This document shows, piece by piece, positions 1-9,414 of a stretch of 64,000 nucleotides of DNA. Every line of letters starts with the position of its first letter. Position 1 is the stretch's first letter. The stretch covers positions 76,478 to 140,477 of the forward strand of contig JARGGI010000002.1 in the NCBI GenBank assembly GCA_029210775.1, in the 5' to 3' direction. Under the pieces are notes generated by a model that ran no database searches, was not told the DNA's origin, and saw only the letters and a program-made list of their open reading frames with translations. The position numbers and the translations under genes are program-made. This DNA comes from Patescibacteria group bacterium (GTDB taxonomy: Bacteria; Patescibacteriota; Minisyncoccia; JAHIHE01; JAGLIN01).

Positions 1-959
1 ACTTTTTTCTTGTTCTCTTCCAGTTTTTGCACTTTATTAAGTTTATCTAACATTTTAATACGGCTTTGCACAGCGCTGGCTTTAGTTGCTTTATATCTAA
101 AACGTTCAATGAATTCATTTTGTTTTCCTAAATATTTTTCCTGTCGTTTATATTCTTCTGACTTCCTTTGTTCCCGTTCACTTCTCTCTTCAAGATATGA
201 AGAATAATTGCAGAAATATTTTTCAAGTCCTCCTCGTTGCAGTTCGAATGTTTTATTACAAATCAAATCAAGAAATCTCTTGTCATGAGAAATAGCAAGA
301 ATTGCTCCATTCCAATTTAACAAAAACTTTTCTAACCAATCAATTGTATCCAAATCTAGGTGGTTTGTTGGTTCATCTAATATTAAAATATTTGGTTTTT
401 GTAAAACAATTTTAGCAAGAGCTAATCTAGTTTTTTCTCCTCCAGAAAGAGAGCTCACTTTTCGCTTCCACTCACTTTCAGGAAAGTTAAATTTTCCCAA
501 TACTTCTTCTGCATATTCTTCATATTCATATCCTCTTCTATTTTCAAAGTCATGCACGACTTCACCATATTCGTTGATTCTTTCATCTATATCCGAACTC
601 TTTGTATCTGACATTAAATTTTCTAGCTCCCTCTTGCGAACAATCGACTTATAAATTTTTTCATCAGCAGAAATCATTTCTTCTGAGATTGTATTATCTA
701 ATGAGTTCCAATGTGTTTCTTGAGGCAAATAACCAATAATAAGATTCTTATTATTTTGAACATCTCCGCTCTCAATTTCTTCCTGCTTCATAATAATTTT
801 TACCAGAGTGCTTTTTCCCATTCCGTTCGCACCAACAATAGCAATCCGGTCAGTGCTATTCACCACCAAATCAATTCCAGAAAAAAGCAATTCCGTTCCA
901 AATTTTTTTGAAACCTTGCTCAAAATTACCAGAGAACCCTCAATTGGTTTGCTTTTCAT
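1..959 (-). CDS. ABC-F family ATP-binding protein, N-terminal part (runs off the window start; missed by the ORF track)
   Basis: Manual minus-strand translation from ATG at 959: MKSKPIEGSLVILSKVSKKFG...IAIVGANGMGKSTL (Walker A), LSGGEKTRLALAK (signature), ILILDEPTNHLD (Walker B), AISHDKRFLD; no TM segment. Confidence 0.9.
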   Translation of the reverse strand, partial: MKSKPIEGSLVILSKVSKKFGTELLFSGIDLVVNSTDRIAIVGANGMGKSTLVKIIMKQEEIESGDVQNNKNLIIGYLPQETHWNSLDNTISEEMISADEKIYKSIVRKRELENLMSDTKSSDIDERINEYGEVVHDFENRRGYEYEEYAEEVLGKFNFPESEWKRKVSSLSGGEKTRLALAKIVLQKPNILILDEPTNHLDLDTIDWLEKFLLNWNGAILAISHDKRFLDLICNKTFELQRGGLEKYFCNYSSYLEERSEREQRKSEEYKRQEKYLGKQNEFIERFRYKATKASAVQSRIKMLDKLNKVQKLEENKKK

Positions 960-1031
960 TATAATATTATTTTTTAACATATATTTGAATTTATTAATTC
1001 TAACTTATTTTATAAAATACTAAGCACTATT

Positions 1032-1135
1032 ATCATTGCAAGTAATCCTGCAGGACGAAGTAACAATCCCAAAATTAAGTTCCTTACGCGTAGTCATGAG
1101 ATTGCTTCGTTCGTTGCAATTCCCTCGCAATGACA
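1032..1135. repeat. Palindromic RPE/REP-like element (GTCATTGCGAG...GAAGCAATC / GAGATTGCTTC...CTCGCAATGAC family)
   Basis: Arms atcattgcaag...gaagtaacaatccc and gagattgcttcg...ctcgcaatgac; related copies at 11401, 16408, 17272, 22865, 30382, 41040, 42838, 51205. Confidence 0.8.
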
Positions 1136-1149
1136 CCATTTTTCAAATC

Positions 1150-1257
1150 AAAAAACCTGCTAAACAGAATATTGTTTTATTGTTATTTCGCTAATATTTT
1201 ACAAATGATTTGCGAAATAAATGCAATAAAAAAACAATCCACTTATCTTACAGGCTT
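1150..1257 (-). terminator. Long hairpin plus U-tract upstream of the ABC-F gene (candidate attenuator terminator)
   Basis: Minus-strand pairings aagcctg/caggttt, attgtttt/aaaacaat, tatttcgc/gcgaaata, followed by T6. Confidence 0.55.
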
Positions 1258-1332
1258 TACTTCAAACATAACAACACAGCCAAAAATTCGACTTGTGTAG
1301 ATATTATTTGATTTTAGGGAAAAATTGTTCAT
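1243..1332 (-). CDS. Putative 29-aa leader peptide MNNFSLKSNNIYTSRIFGCVVMFEVKPVR
   Basis: Short ORF just downstream of a consensus promoter; its 3' end overlaps the 5' arm of the hairpin. Confidence 0.3.
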   Translation of the reverse strand: MNNFSLKSNNIYTSRIFGCVVMFEVKPVR

Positions 1333-1353
1333 ACATTTACTTAAAGTATTCAT

Positions 1354-1381
1354 AGTTTATCATTTTTTTTATAAATGTCAA
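1354..1381 (-). promoter_or_regulatory. Sigma70-type promoter
   Basis: TTGACA-N16-TAAACT with an extended -10 TG. Confidence 0.55.
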
Positions 1382-1408
1382 ACTATTCACAATAATTTTA
1401 CATTTTTT

Positions 1409-3301
1409 CTATTCCACCACTTGCAAGTCCCAAAACTTTTTATATAATCCTTTTTTCTTTTTAATCAATTTTTGGTGATTGCCTTCCTCGATGATCTCTC
1501 CGCCATCAATCACATAAATCTGGTCAGCTTTGCGGGCGGTGGTCATTCTGTGAGTAATTATTATAATTGTTTTTTCTTTTTTTAATTTTTTTAAAATATC
1601 CACAATCTTTGCCTCATGCTCAGCATCAAGCTGATTTGTTCCTTCATCAAAAATGATAATCGATCGATTTTGAATCAAAACCCTTGCAATTGAAAGAAGT
1701 TGTAATTGTCCACCTGAAAACTGCACATCATCTCCAATAATTGCATCAAGCTTTTTGGGTAATTTTTCAATTTCATTTTTTAAATCTAAAACTTCAAAAA
1801 TTTTCCAAATTTTTTCATCTATATCTTTTTCAAATTCACCGAAAGAAATATTTTCACGAATAGAAAAACTTTCCAACATAAATGGTTCTTGCGGAATTAT
1901 GCTTATATATTTTTTTACATATTTTGGCTCAATGTTTATCAACTTATTATTTCCAATCAGAATGTTTCCTCTTTTTGGATCATAATTTCTCGTTATCAAA
2001 TTTACCAATGTTGTCTTACCACTTCCATTTCTACCAACTATCGCCGTAATTTCTCCTTTTTTAAATTTAATACCAATCTTCTTTAAAACTATTGGCATTT
2101 TTCCACCTTTCTTTGAAAGAATTTGCTTCCACTCAGACAAATCTCCAAACTCCCAGACAAATGAAGATTTTTTCTGAAGATTTTCTTCTTTCCTGACGAT
2201 ACTTTTTATATACTCACGCTCTTCTTTATAAAAATTAGGATAACTAAAATCAATATTTTCAAATAAAATATCACCATATACTGGATAATTTATATTTTTG
2301 ATTTTATCCAATTTTAGCCTTGGCTTCAAATTCATGAAAAATTCTAGTTTATGAAACTTAATTAAGATGCTATTTAAATCAGGAATGACTGAAGAAATAT
2401 CTCGAAATACTCCTTGTAAAAGTGAGATATATAAAATCAGCATTATAAAACTACCAATAGTTATATTTCCATTTGTAACCTGAAAACCTGCAAAAAGAGC
2501 TGTGAATATATAGGCAAAATTTTGAGCCAATGACTCTAATATTGAATATTTTCCATATATTTCCTCTTCCTTTTTCTCAAGATTATACCTGGTTTCTCGA
2601 AGTCCCCAATATTTTTTCATTACAAAATTGTCACTATCTATGTTCGTAATATTCTGAAGTTCATAAAAAATTAAATTCTGTAATTCCCAAAATCGTGACA
2701 GCTTCCTTTCTTTGACAACATTTAACATAATATCTTTTTTTGTTCTACTGTTAATTATAATAATTTGAACCACACCTGAAAAAAGCAAAACAATAAATAT
2801 ACTTGGGCTGAAATAGGCAACAATTGGCAAAATTCCAAACACTGCAACCGTGATATTTATTTGACTAGAAGCAAAACTCAAAAGTCTTCCTACTAAATAT
2901 GTAACATCTATAGAACTGTTCACTATTCTTCTATTGCGTGGATTTTTCATAAATCCAGCATCAAATTTTTCAATACAATTATACAATTCTTTTTCAAGTT
3001 TTACTGAACAATTATAATCAATTTTTTTATTATATACACTCGAAATTGATGCAAATATTTTCTCTAACAAATTCACAATAACTGAAAGAAAAACTATCAA
3101 TACAAAAATAAATTCAGGACTAGAAGAAAAAACACCAAAGAAATCGCTATATTTATTTTCCAACTGATCAACTTGAAGCTTACTGAAATATGGAATCAGA
3201 AGCACGAGTCCTGATTGAATAACTCCAATAACCAAAAAAATCACAAAAAGAATTTTGTTTTGTGAGATTATTTTGGAGATAAGTTTATATTGTTGAGTCA
3301 T
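1409..3301 (-). CDS. ABC exporter, fused TMD-NBD half transporter
   Basis: About 6 N-terminal TM segments; GRNGSGKTT, FSGGQ, IIIFDEGT, ITHR motifs. Confidence 0.9.
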   Translation of the reverse strand: MTQQYKLISKIISQNKILFVIFLVIGVIQSGLVLLIPYFSKLQVDQLENKYSDFFGVFSSSPEFIFVLIVFLSVIVNLLEKIFASISSVYNKKIDYNCSVKLEKELYNCIEKFDAGFMKNPRNRRIVNSSIDVTYLVGRLLSFASSQINITVAVFGILPIVAYFSPSIFIVLLFSGVVQIIIINSRTKKDIMLNVVKERKLSRFWELQNLIFYELQNITNIDSDNFVMKKYWGLRETRYNLEKKEEEIYGKYSILESLAQNFAYIFTALFAGFQVTNGNITIGSFIMLILYISLLQGVFRDISSVIPDLNSILIKFHKLEFFMNLKPRLKLDKIKNINYPVYGDILFENIDFSYPNFYKEEREYIKSIVRKEENLQKKSSFVWEFGDLSEWKQILSKKGGKMPIVLKKIGIKFKKGEITAIVGRNGSGKTTLVNLITRNYDPKRGNILIGNNKLINIEPKYVKKYISIIPQEPFMLESFSIRENISFGEFEKDIDEKIWKIFEVLDLKNEIEKLPKKLDAIIGDDVQFSGGQLQLLSIARVLIQNRSIIIFDEGTNQLDAEHEAKIVDILKKLKKEKTIIIITHRMTTARKADQIYVIDGGEIIEEGNHQKLIKKKKGLYKKFWDLQVVE

Positions 3302-3329
3302 TAATAATTAATTTCATTTTTAAACTTTC

Positions 3330-3827
3330 CTATTCAACTTCCGCAACCAATGGATCTCTTCCTAAATCAATTTCTTCTTTGTCATTAAATCCATCATTAT
3401 CAGTGTCAGGATTTTCAGGATTAGTTCCTGCTTTTTTTTCATCAGCGTCTCCAAGTCCATCACTATCTAAATCAAGTTGTCCTGGTCCAAGTGGATCGTA
3501 ACCGCCTTCAACTTCTTGTCCATCAAAATAACCATCACCATCTGTGTCAGATTCAAGTGGATTTGTTTTCCAATTTCTAATTTCTATAAAATCAGTTAAT
3601 CCATCTCCATCTGTGTCAGCATTGTTTATATCAGTTCCAAATTCCTTTTCTTCACTATCAAGTAGGCCATCTTTGTCTGTATCAATATTTTTTACTTCTT
3701 CTTTTTTTTCTACTTTTGGAACAGCATTATCTTTTATATCTTCAATTTTCTTAATTGAACAACCCGAAAAAGAAAAAACTACCAACAACAAAAATGATAA
3801 TATCGCAATTTTTTTATAATTTTTCAT
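3330..3827 (-). CDS. Lipoprotein with bacterial TSP3-like Ca-binding repeats
   Basis: Lipobox FSGC; repeated DTDxDGLxDxxE...GTDP/NP units. Confidence 0.8.
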   Translation of the reverse strand: MKNYKKIAILSFLLLVVFSFSGCSIKKIEDIKDNAVPKVEKKEEVKNIDTDKDGLLDSEEKEFGTDINNADTDGDGLTDFIEIRNWKTNPLESDTDGDGYFDGQEVEGGYDPLGPGQLDLDSDGLGDADEKKAGTNPENPDTDNDGFNDKEEIDLGRDPLVAEVE

Positions 3828-3875
3828 GTTTTTAATTAATCAATTATTATCTTATTATATCACAAAAACTTAAAT

Positions 3876-4871
3876 CTAATTATCCTCAAAATGCTTCATC
3901 CAATCTTTTTTGTAATTTATATTAAACTGTTTATAAAACTTCACTTCACTCACCTGCGCACACCATTCGTCACCGAACATAAAAATTGATCTTTTGATAT
4001 CAGAAAAGTATTGATAATTCGTTAAAGGATTACATTTTGTGCTTAACAAAGCGTAGTTTAGTGAATTTATAAGAAATCCTCCGTCATGCCTAAAATTTTT
4101 CAAATGCTCTGATTCATGGACTAAAAGAGATGCAAAATAAATTTTATCCTCAAGAGAATCAAAAGGTTTAGAAAAAACTGGATCAATTTCAATATAATCT
4201 TCTGGCATATGCGCCATCGCAAGAACGGGCTTCATACTTCTTTGAGAGAAATAGAATTGATTTGTATTGTTTACAATTTTTTCATATGCCTTTGGATCAA
4301 CGATTCGAAGAAAATGAAGTGTTTCTGAAATATTTTCCATTCCCTGAGATGATCCTTGTGTGCCTTGTATAATTTTTTCCGCTTTAATATCAATTTTTTT
4401 CTCATTACTATAGTCTAAAATTTTCTGATGCGTAAAAACATCAATAAAACTGTTAAGCAATGTAAAAATTATAATTATGTTTATTGTAAAAAATATTATA
4501 AATGCCTTTTGAAAATCTCGCTCTCCTTGGATTATAAATTCAAGAAAATTAATTTCTTTTTCAATTATTTTTTGCCTTCTTTCAAAAGTTAATTTATTTT
4601 TTTTTGATAGATAATAAATAAAAAAACGAATTGGCAAATATATCAAAACGAAACTTAGTGCAAAAACTCCAACTATACTTGGAAAAAGTCCGAAATCAAA
4701 AATGAAAGAAAGTAAAAATGAAGAAAATTTATAAAACACTATTGTAAAAAAAAACACGAAAAAATAAATAAAGAGTTCAAAAATAAACTCCCTGAAATTT
4801 TCTTTTTTAAGTTTCAAAATTTTTTGCCAAATTATTGCAAAAATAAAAATGAGTATTAAATCACCGATCAT
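3876..4871 (-). CDS. Membrane-anchored putative zinc metallopeptidase
   Basis: 4 TM segments, then LLVHESEHL (HExxH) and a downstream E (DEWCAQ). Confidence 0.6.
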   Translation of the reverse strand: MIGDLILIFIFAIIWQKILKLKKENFREFIFELFIYFFVFFFTIVFYKFSSFLLSFIFDFGLFPSIVGVFALSFVLIYLPIRFFIYYLSKKNKLTFERRQKIIEKEINFLEFIIQGERDFQKAFIIFFTINIIIIFTLLNSFIDVFTHQKILDYSNEKKIDIKAEKIIQGTQGSSQGMENISETLHFLRIVDPKAYEKIVNNTNQFYFSQRSMKPVLAMAHMPEDYIEIDPVFSKPFDSLEDKIYFASLLVHESEHLKNFRHDGGFLINSLNYALLSTKCNPLTNYQYFSDIKRSIFMFGDEWCAQVSEVKFYKQFNINYKKDWMKHFEDN

Positions 4872-4873
4872 AT

Positions 4874-5827
4874 TTATTCTTCATTAAAAATTTCATTATA
4901 ATTTTCTTCATCAACTATTTTTATTTCATTTTTCAAATTAATATAATTTCCTGATGGATATTTATCTCCTAGAGATTTTGAAAGAGGATTATAGCCATTT
5001 TTTATTTCATCAAAATCAGTATATCCATCAAAATCAGTATCGGGGTTATTTTTATCTGTATTTATCGTCATTTCTACAAGATCAGACAAGCCATCATTGT
5101 CACTGTCTTCCTTTCTGAGCTTTATCTCAGTCGCTTCTTCAACTATATTAGAAGTCTTATTGTTACTCTCTGTGACTAAACTGGATTCATCTTTTTTTTC
5201 AACAACATAATCGGTACAATTAGCCGTCTGTAGAAATTCCAATGCCCTTTGATTATCATATTTCCTAGGACTATTTACGATTAAAAAAACGATTGAGCCA
5301 TCGACCTCTCCACATCTTAAAGTTCCAACCAACCCCTCTACCTTTTTCTCTAAAAGTTTATACGACTCTGTTTCAATCATAGAATAATAAGCCTCTTGGT
5401 TTCCAAGAATAATTGTCTCAAAACTTTTCTCATTATAATTATCATCAATATATCTTTCAAGAAAATCATAATCTAAATTTTCACCTGTTGTAGATCCATA
5501 ATTTTTTATCATATATTTACTTTCAAATCCCGTTGGCATATGCAAAATTGAAATATCGTTGCCACTTTTTTCATCTTTGATTTCAACCGTTTCAAGTGTT
5601 ATACCATATATAATTTCTTTAGTTGCCTTCTTCAGGTTATAGTCACTATCTGGAAATTCCCAATTGCCAATTTTTTGAGCGTCCTCAAGAGATATTGTTT
5701 TTTCTGCTTGGATAGCTATTAGAAAAACAGAACTTCCAAATAAAACAACAAACAAGAATGAACCAACTATTACTATTTTATTAATTATCTTTTGATTGCT
5801 ATTTTGTATTTCTTTAAATTGATCCAT
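4874..5827 (-). CDS. Membrane-anchored exported protein with C-terminal TSP3-like repeats
   Basis: N-terminal TM; DSDNDGLSD...DTDFDGYTD...GYNPL. Confidence 0.7.
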   Translation of the reverse strand: MDQFKEIQNSNQKIINKIVIVGSFLFVVLFGSSVFLIAIQAEKTISLEDAQKIGNWEFPDSDYNLKKATKEIIYGITLETVEIKDEKSGNDISILHMPTGFESKYMIKNYGSTTGENLDYDFLERYIDDNYNEKSFETIILGNQEAYYSMIETESYKLLEKKVEGLVGTLRCGEVDGSIVFLIVNSPRKYDNQRALEFLQTANCTDYVVEKKDESSLVTESNNKTSNIVEEATEIKLRKEDSDNDGLSDLVEMTINTDKNNPDTDFDGYTDFDEIKNGYNPLSKSLGDKYPSGNYINLKNEIKIVDEENYNEIFNEE

Positions 5828-5846
5828 ATCTTTATTGCTGAAGAAA

Positions 5847-7439
5847 TTAAATACCTAAAAATATAAGAACTACACCTACTATAATAGCCCACAATTTTGG
5901 ATGACTTTTTATTTTTTTGTTCTCAAGTTCCAAATAACTCAAAGAAACTTTTTGTCCGATTCCTCTAAAAAACCATCCCTGGGCAATTACTTGCTGACCA
6001 ATCAATTTGTTAATTTTTGTCAGTGCGAAAAAGAAATCACCAAGTTTTCCAAGCTTTGAATTATAATCTAAAAAAACCAAACCGCCGTTATCCTGAAACA
6101 TTAAGTCTTCGCTCAAAGCTGCACCTGCTTGTCCCCTTCCAATTATTTTTCCATCAAGCAAAATTCTTTTCCCTCTAATAGGAGAATTATAGATATCAGC
6201 CATCTGCTCTCTAATTGTTGTTTTCTCGGCGATGTTATTTGGAAACATATATAACGCTTTAATTATAAATGCCAAACCTAAAAATATGAACAGAATCTTC
6301 ATAGATCCTCCTGTTAATAATACTGCAGATAATCCAAACAAGATTGCAAAATGAGGAAGAAAAAACACGAAAACCCCTAATAAAAATCCATGATACAATT
6401 TTTCTTTATCTATCGTCATATTATTTATAGCTGCTCTGATGTTAAACATATTTTCCTTTCCAATAGATTTAGCAACTTCTCCAAGTCTTTCAATTCTCTT
6501 TCCGGTCAACGGATGAGTTGATCCTAACTCCAAAACAAATGCCCATGGACTCACAAAATCAAACGCCATAGTCTTGTTAATTGTCTCATTTGTGTCGGAC
6601 GACTTTAATGCCAAACCAAGTCCTTTGGCAGATTTTACATCCAAAATTCCCAGAGCTCTTGTGCTTTCCATGAGTCTTCCAGACTTTTTGTCATCTTCCT
6701 TTGCAACTATACCATAGGCAATTTTGATTAACGCAGTTGAAAGTTTATTTGGATCGCTAATATTTTTTGCTGCAAATTCATCAGCATAATATTCTCTAAC
6801 TCGAGATAAATATAAAATCACATAACTTCCAATGAAATAAAAAACATAGGATAGTAATCCGATATACACAAGCACTTGACCTTTTTTGTTCCTTCTTATT
6901 TGTTTTGATTTTGTAAAAATTACATACAATTCATATAAAATTTGCAAAAGAGTGCTTGCAATTGTCATAATTACAAAATCATAGTGGACAATATGACCAA
7001 TTTCATGAGCCAGTACCGCTTCCACTTCATCTTTTTCAAGATATGTAAAAAGACCCTTTGTAAAAACAAGTCTTGCATTTGATGGCAGTGAACCATATGT
7101 AAAAGCAGTAGGATTGTCATCATCAATAATTCCGATTTTTTTGGGAGATTTAACATTATTTTTTTGACAAATCGTTTTCAAAAAACTCGCCGTTTCTGGA
7201 TAAAGAGAATGTATATCTTCAATGGAATAAAATTTGATCTTATAAAAAAATCTCATCATAAAATCAGTAATCATCGGACCGATAATCCACATCAAGAAAT
7301 TAAAAACAATTGTCGCACCAATTAAAAAAGGAGCATTAATACTGCCCAATAAATAAGCTGCCGAAGCTAAAATTGTAAAAACGAATCCAGAGAGAATACC
7401 AAGTGTGACCAAACTTGCAAATTTTAGATTTTTAATCAT
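5847..7439 (-). CDS. Long HtpX-like M48 zinc metalloprotease with C-terminal extension
   Basis: PTAFTYG, VLAHEIGH, SRVREYYAD, STHP motifs; extra ~190-aa C-terminal TM plus beta-rich domain. Confidence 0.85.
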   Translation of the reverse strand: MIKNLKFASLVTLGILSGFVFTILASAAYLLGSINAPFLIGATIVFNFLMWIIGPMITDFMMRFFYKIKFYSIEDIHSLYPETASFLKTICQKNNVKSPKKIGIIDDDNPTAFTYGSLPSNARLVFTKGLFTYLEKDEVEAVLAHEIGHIVHYDFVIMTIASTLLQILYELYVIFTKSKQIRRNKKGQVLVYIGLLSYVFYFIGSYVILYLSRVREYYADEFAAKNISDPNKLSTALIKIAYGIVAKEDDKKSGRLMESTRALGILDVKSAKGLGLALKSSDTNETINKTMAFDFVSPWAFVLELGSTHPLTGKRIERLGEVAKSIGKENMFNIRAAINNMTIDKEKLYHGFLLGVFVFFLPHFAILFGLSAVLLTGGSMKILFIFLGLAFIIKALYMFPNNIAEKTTIREQMADIYNSPIRGKRILLDGKIIGRGQAGAALSEDLMFQDNGGLVFLDYNSKLGKLGDFFFALTKINKLIGQQVIAQGWFFRGIGQKVSLSYLELENKKIKSHPKLWAIIVGVVLIFLGI

Positions 7440-7461
7440 GGGTTTTGATTAGTTTTTAGTG

Positions 7462-7612
7462 AATCTCCCTGTGGCTCCGAGGCGGAGACCACAGGGCGTC
7501 AAGTTGTAATTCAAAGCTCGAAGAGTTTTAACTGCTTGGCGTCTTCTTTTCTGCCTTGCTTCTCTATGTATTTCTCAATGACTGCTTTGTTGCCTCTGCC
7601 ACTTACTGTCTT
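7462..7612 (-). mobile_element. IS200/IS605-family relic: TnpA C-terminus plus end hairpin
   Basis: Minus strand reads KTVSGRGNKAVIEKYIEKQGRKEDAKQLKLFEL* (Y1 transposase YIxxQ helix), followed by the GC-rich hairpin ccctgtgg-ctccg/cggag-ccacaggg. Confidence 0.7.
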
Positions 7613-7678
7613 AAATTAAAAAACATATATCAGCTAAATATGTATTATTTTTTTATATTTTAATAATCATTATAAAAT

Positions 7679-8569
7679 TTATCTTTTAGTTTCCATCCCC
7701 ATTAGAGCACTTATCCTTTCTTCCATCGGTGGATGAGTCATAAACATTTTATTTACTTTCTTTCCTTTAAATGGATTGGCAATGTAAAGATGAGCGGTAG
7801 CGCGGTTGGCGACTTCTAATTTTTCCGAGTCTCCGGAAATTTTTTGAAGGGCACTTGCAAGTCCATCTGGATAACGAGTTAAAAGCGCGCCGTCAGCGTC
7901 GGCTAAAAATTCTCTTTTGCGAGAAATCGCCAGCTGGATTAGCATCGCAAAAAGAGGGGCTAAAATGGAAAGTAAAATCGCGACAATTACTATCCAACCT
8001 CCCCCTCCTTTATTATCTCTATTTCCTCCTCCAAACCACAGAGAATGCCTGAAAAAGTCAGCCAAAAGCGCAACCATTCCAACCAAAACAACAACCACAG
8101 TCGCCAGTAAAATATCCCGGTTTCCAATATGCGAAAGCTCGTGAGCGATAACTCCTTCCAATTCACTGCGATCCAATTTTTGCAGAAGTCCACTCGTCAC
8201 TGCCACCACGGCATGCTCCGGATCTCTTCCTGTGGCAAAAGCGTTCGGCGCGGTGTCATCTATAATATAAATTTTAGGAAGCGGAAGTCCTGCTGTGATA
8301 CACAAATTTTCCACAAGACGATAAAGTTCTTTATTGTCATTAAATTCAACGAGCTTTGCCTTGCTCATCGCAAGAACCAATTTATCAGAATACCAATAGC
8401 TTCCAACACTCATCAAAATACTAAAAAATACAGCGAACCATAAAATCGTGCTTGACCCCATCGCCTGAGAAAAAACCCAGCCTACTGTAATTACAAAGAC
8501 TAAAAACACTGACATTAAAATGTAAGTATTGCGAGTATTTCTGTCTGATTGGGTGTATAAAGTTGGCAT
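7679..8569 (-). CDS. htpX: Protease HtpX
   Basis: PNAFATGR, VIAHELSH, SRKREFLAD, THPP. Confidence 0.92.
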   Translation of the reverse strand: MPTLYTQSDRNTRNTYILMSVFLVFVITVGWVFSQAMGSSTILWFAVFFSILMSVGSYWYSDKLVLAMSKAKLVEFNDNKELYRLVENLCITAGLPLPKIYIIDDTAPNAFATGRDPEHAVVAVTSGLLQKLDRSELEGVIAHELSHIGNRDILLATVVVVLVGMVALLADFFRHSLWFGGGNRDNKGGGGWIVIVAILLSILAPLFAMLIQLAISRKREFLADADGALLTRYPDGLASALQKISGDSEKLEVANRATAHLYIANPFKGKKVNKMFMTHPPMEERISALMGMETKR

Positions 8570-8598
8570 ACAAACTGAAATTAAAAATTAAATTATTA

Positions 8599-9405
8599 TT
8601 ATAACTTCCCTTCCCCAAGAGGATTATAACCATTTTTTACCTCATCACCATCTGAATATCCGTCTCCATCTGTATCTGTTTTATTTGGGTCTGTTTTATA
8701 TATGGATGTTTCTTCATAATCCGAGAGTCCATCATTGTCAGCATTCTGAGATTTATCAGTTATGTTATTATTACAAATTTGATTTAATTTTTCATCTATA
8801 ATGTTTTTGCATAATTCTCTATTTTGTCCTATGAATGCTGTTTCATAATAAATGATATCCTTGCAAGCTTGCTGAATATTTTCAGGTTTTAGATTTGAGC
8901 AATCATCAGGATTCCTATATACTAAAAAAATATTTTTCAAACAATTTGTAAAATCACTACCTTCTGAAAACTGACATTTTTCATTTCTCTTTGCTGCAAT
9001 TCTTTGTACGGTTGGATCTGCACATTCAATTATCATTTTTTGATCTCCAATTTCACCACAAACACTACTATCGCCTTTTATAAAGGCCACAGAAGAAACG
9101 CAATCACTGTGATCGCTTCTTCTTTTGCATAGATTGGAATAATTTGTATTATTTATTGCTGCCTCAAGATAGAATTCTAATTGCGAAGAAGTAAATTCCG
9201 GATGAATGTTTTTCAGCTCTTGTAAAATTTCATCAATATCTTCATTATAATCATCTTCTATCGTTAAATTTTTTTTATTTACTAATTTTTCATTTTCATT
9301 ATTTACCAAGCTATCTTTTTTAAAAATAAGCACAAAAACTAAGGCAGATAGTAAAATTAATACTATACATCCTAAAATTATAATTTTTCTTTTTTTGTTT
9401 AACAT
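8599..9405 (-). CDS. Membrane-anchored protein with spaced-Cys repeats and a C-terminal TSP3-like repeat
   Basis: N-terminal TM, regularly spaced Cys, DNDGLSDYEE...DTDGDGYSDGDEVKNGYNPLG. Confidence 0.7.
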   Translation of the reverse strand: MLNKKRKIIILGCIVLILLSALVFVLIFKKDSLVNNENEKLVNKKNLTIEDDYNEDIDEILQELKNIHPEFTSSQLEFYLEAAINNTNYSNLCKRRSDHSDCVSSVAFIKGDSSVCGEIGDQKMIIECADPTVQRIAAKRNEKCQFSEGSDFTNCLKNIFLVYRNPDDCSNLKPENIQQACKDIIYYETAFIGQNRELCKNIIDEKLNQICNNNITDKSQNADNDGLSDYEETSIYKTDPNKTDTDGDGYSDGDEVKNGYNPLGEGKL

Positions 9406-9414
9406 AAATTTAGA

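Noticed and set aside
10-1023. Plus-strand ORFs 10-207, 711-911 and 808-1023
   Set aside because: Antisense shadows of the ABC-F gene. The same applies to most short track ORFs overlapping groEL, uvrA, ftsK and rpoBC.
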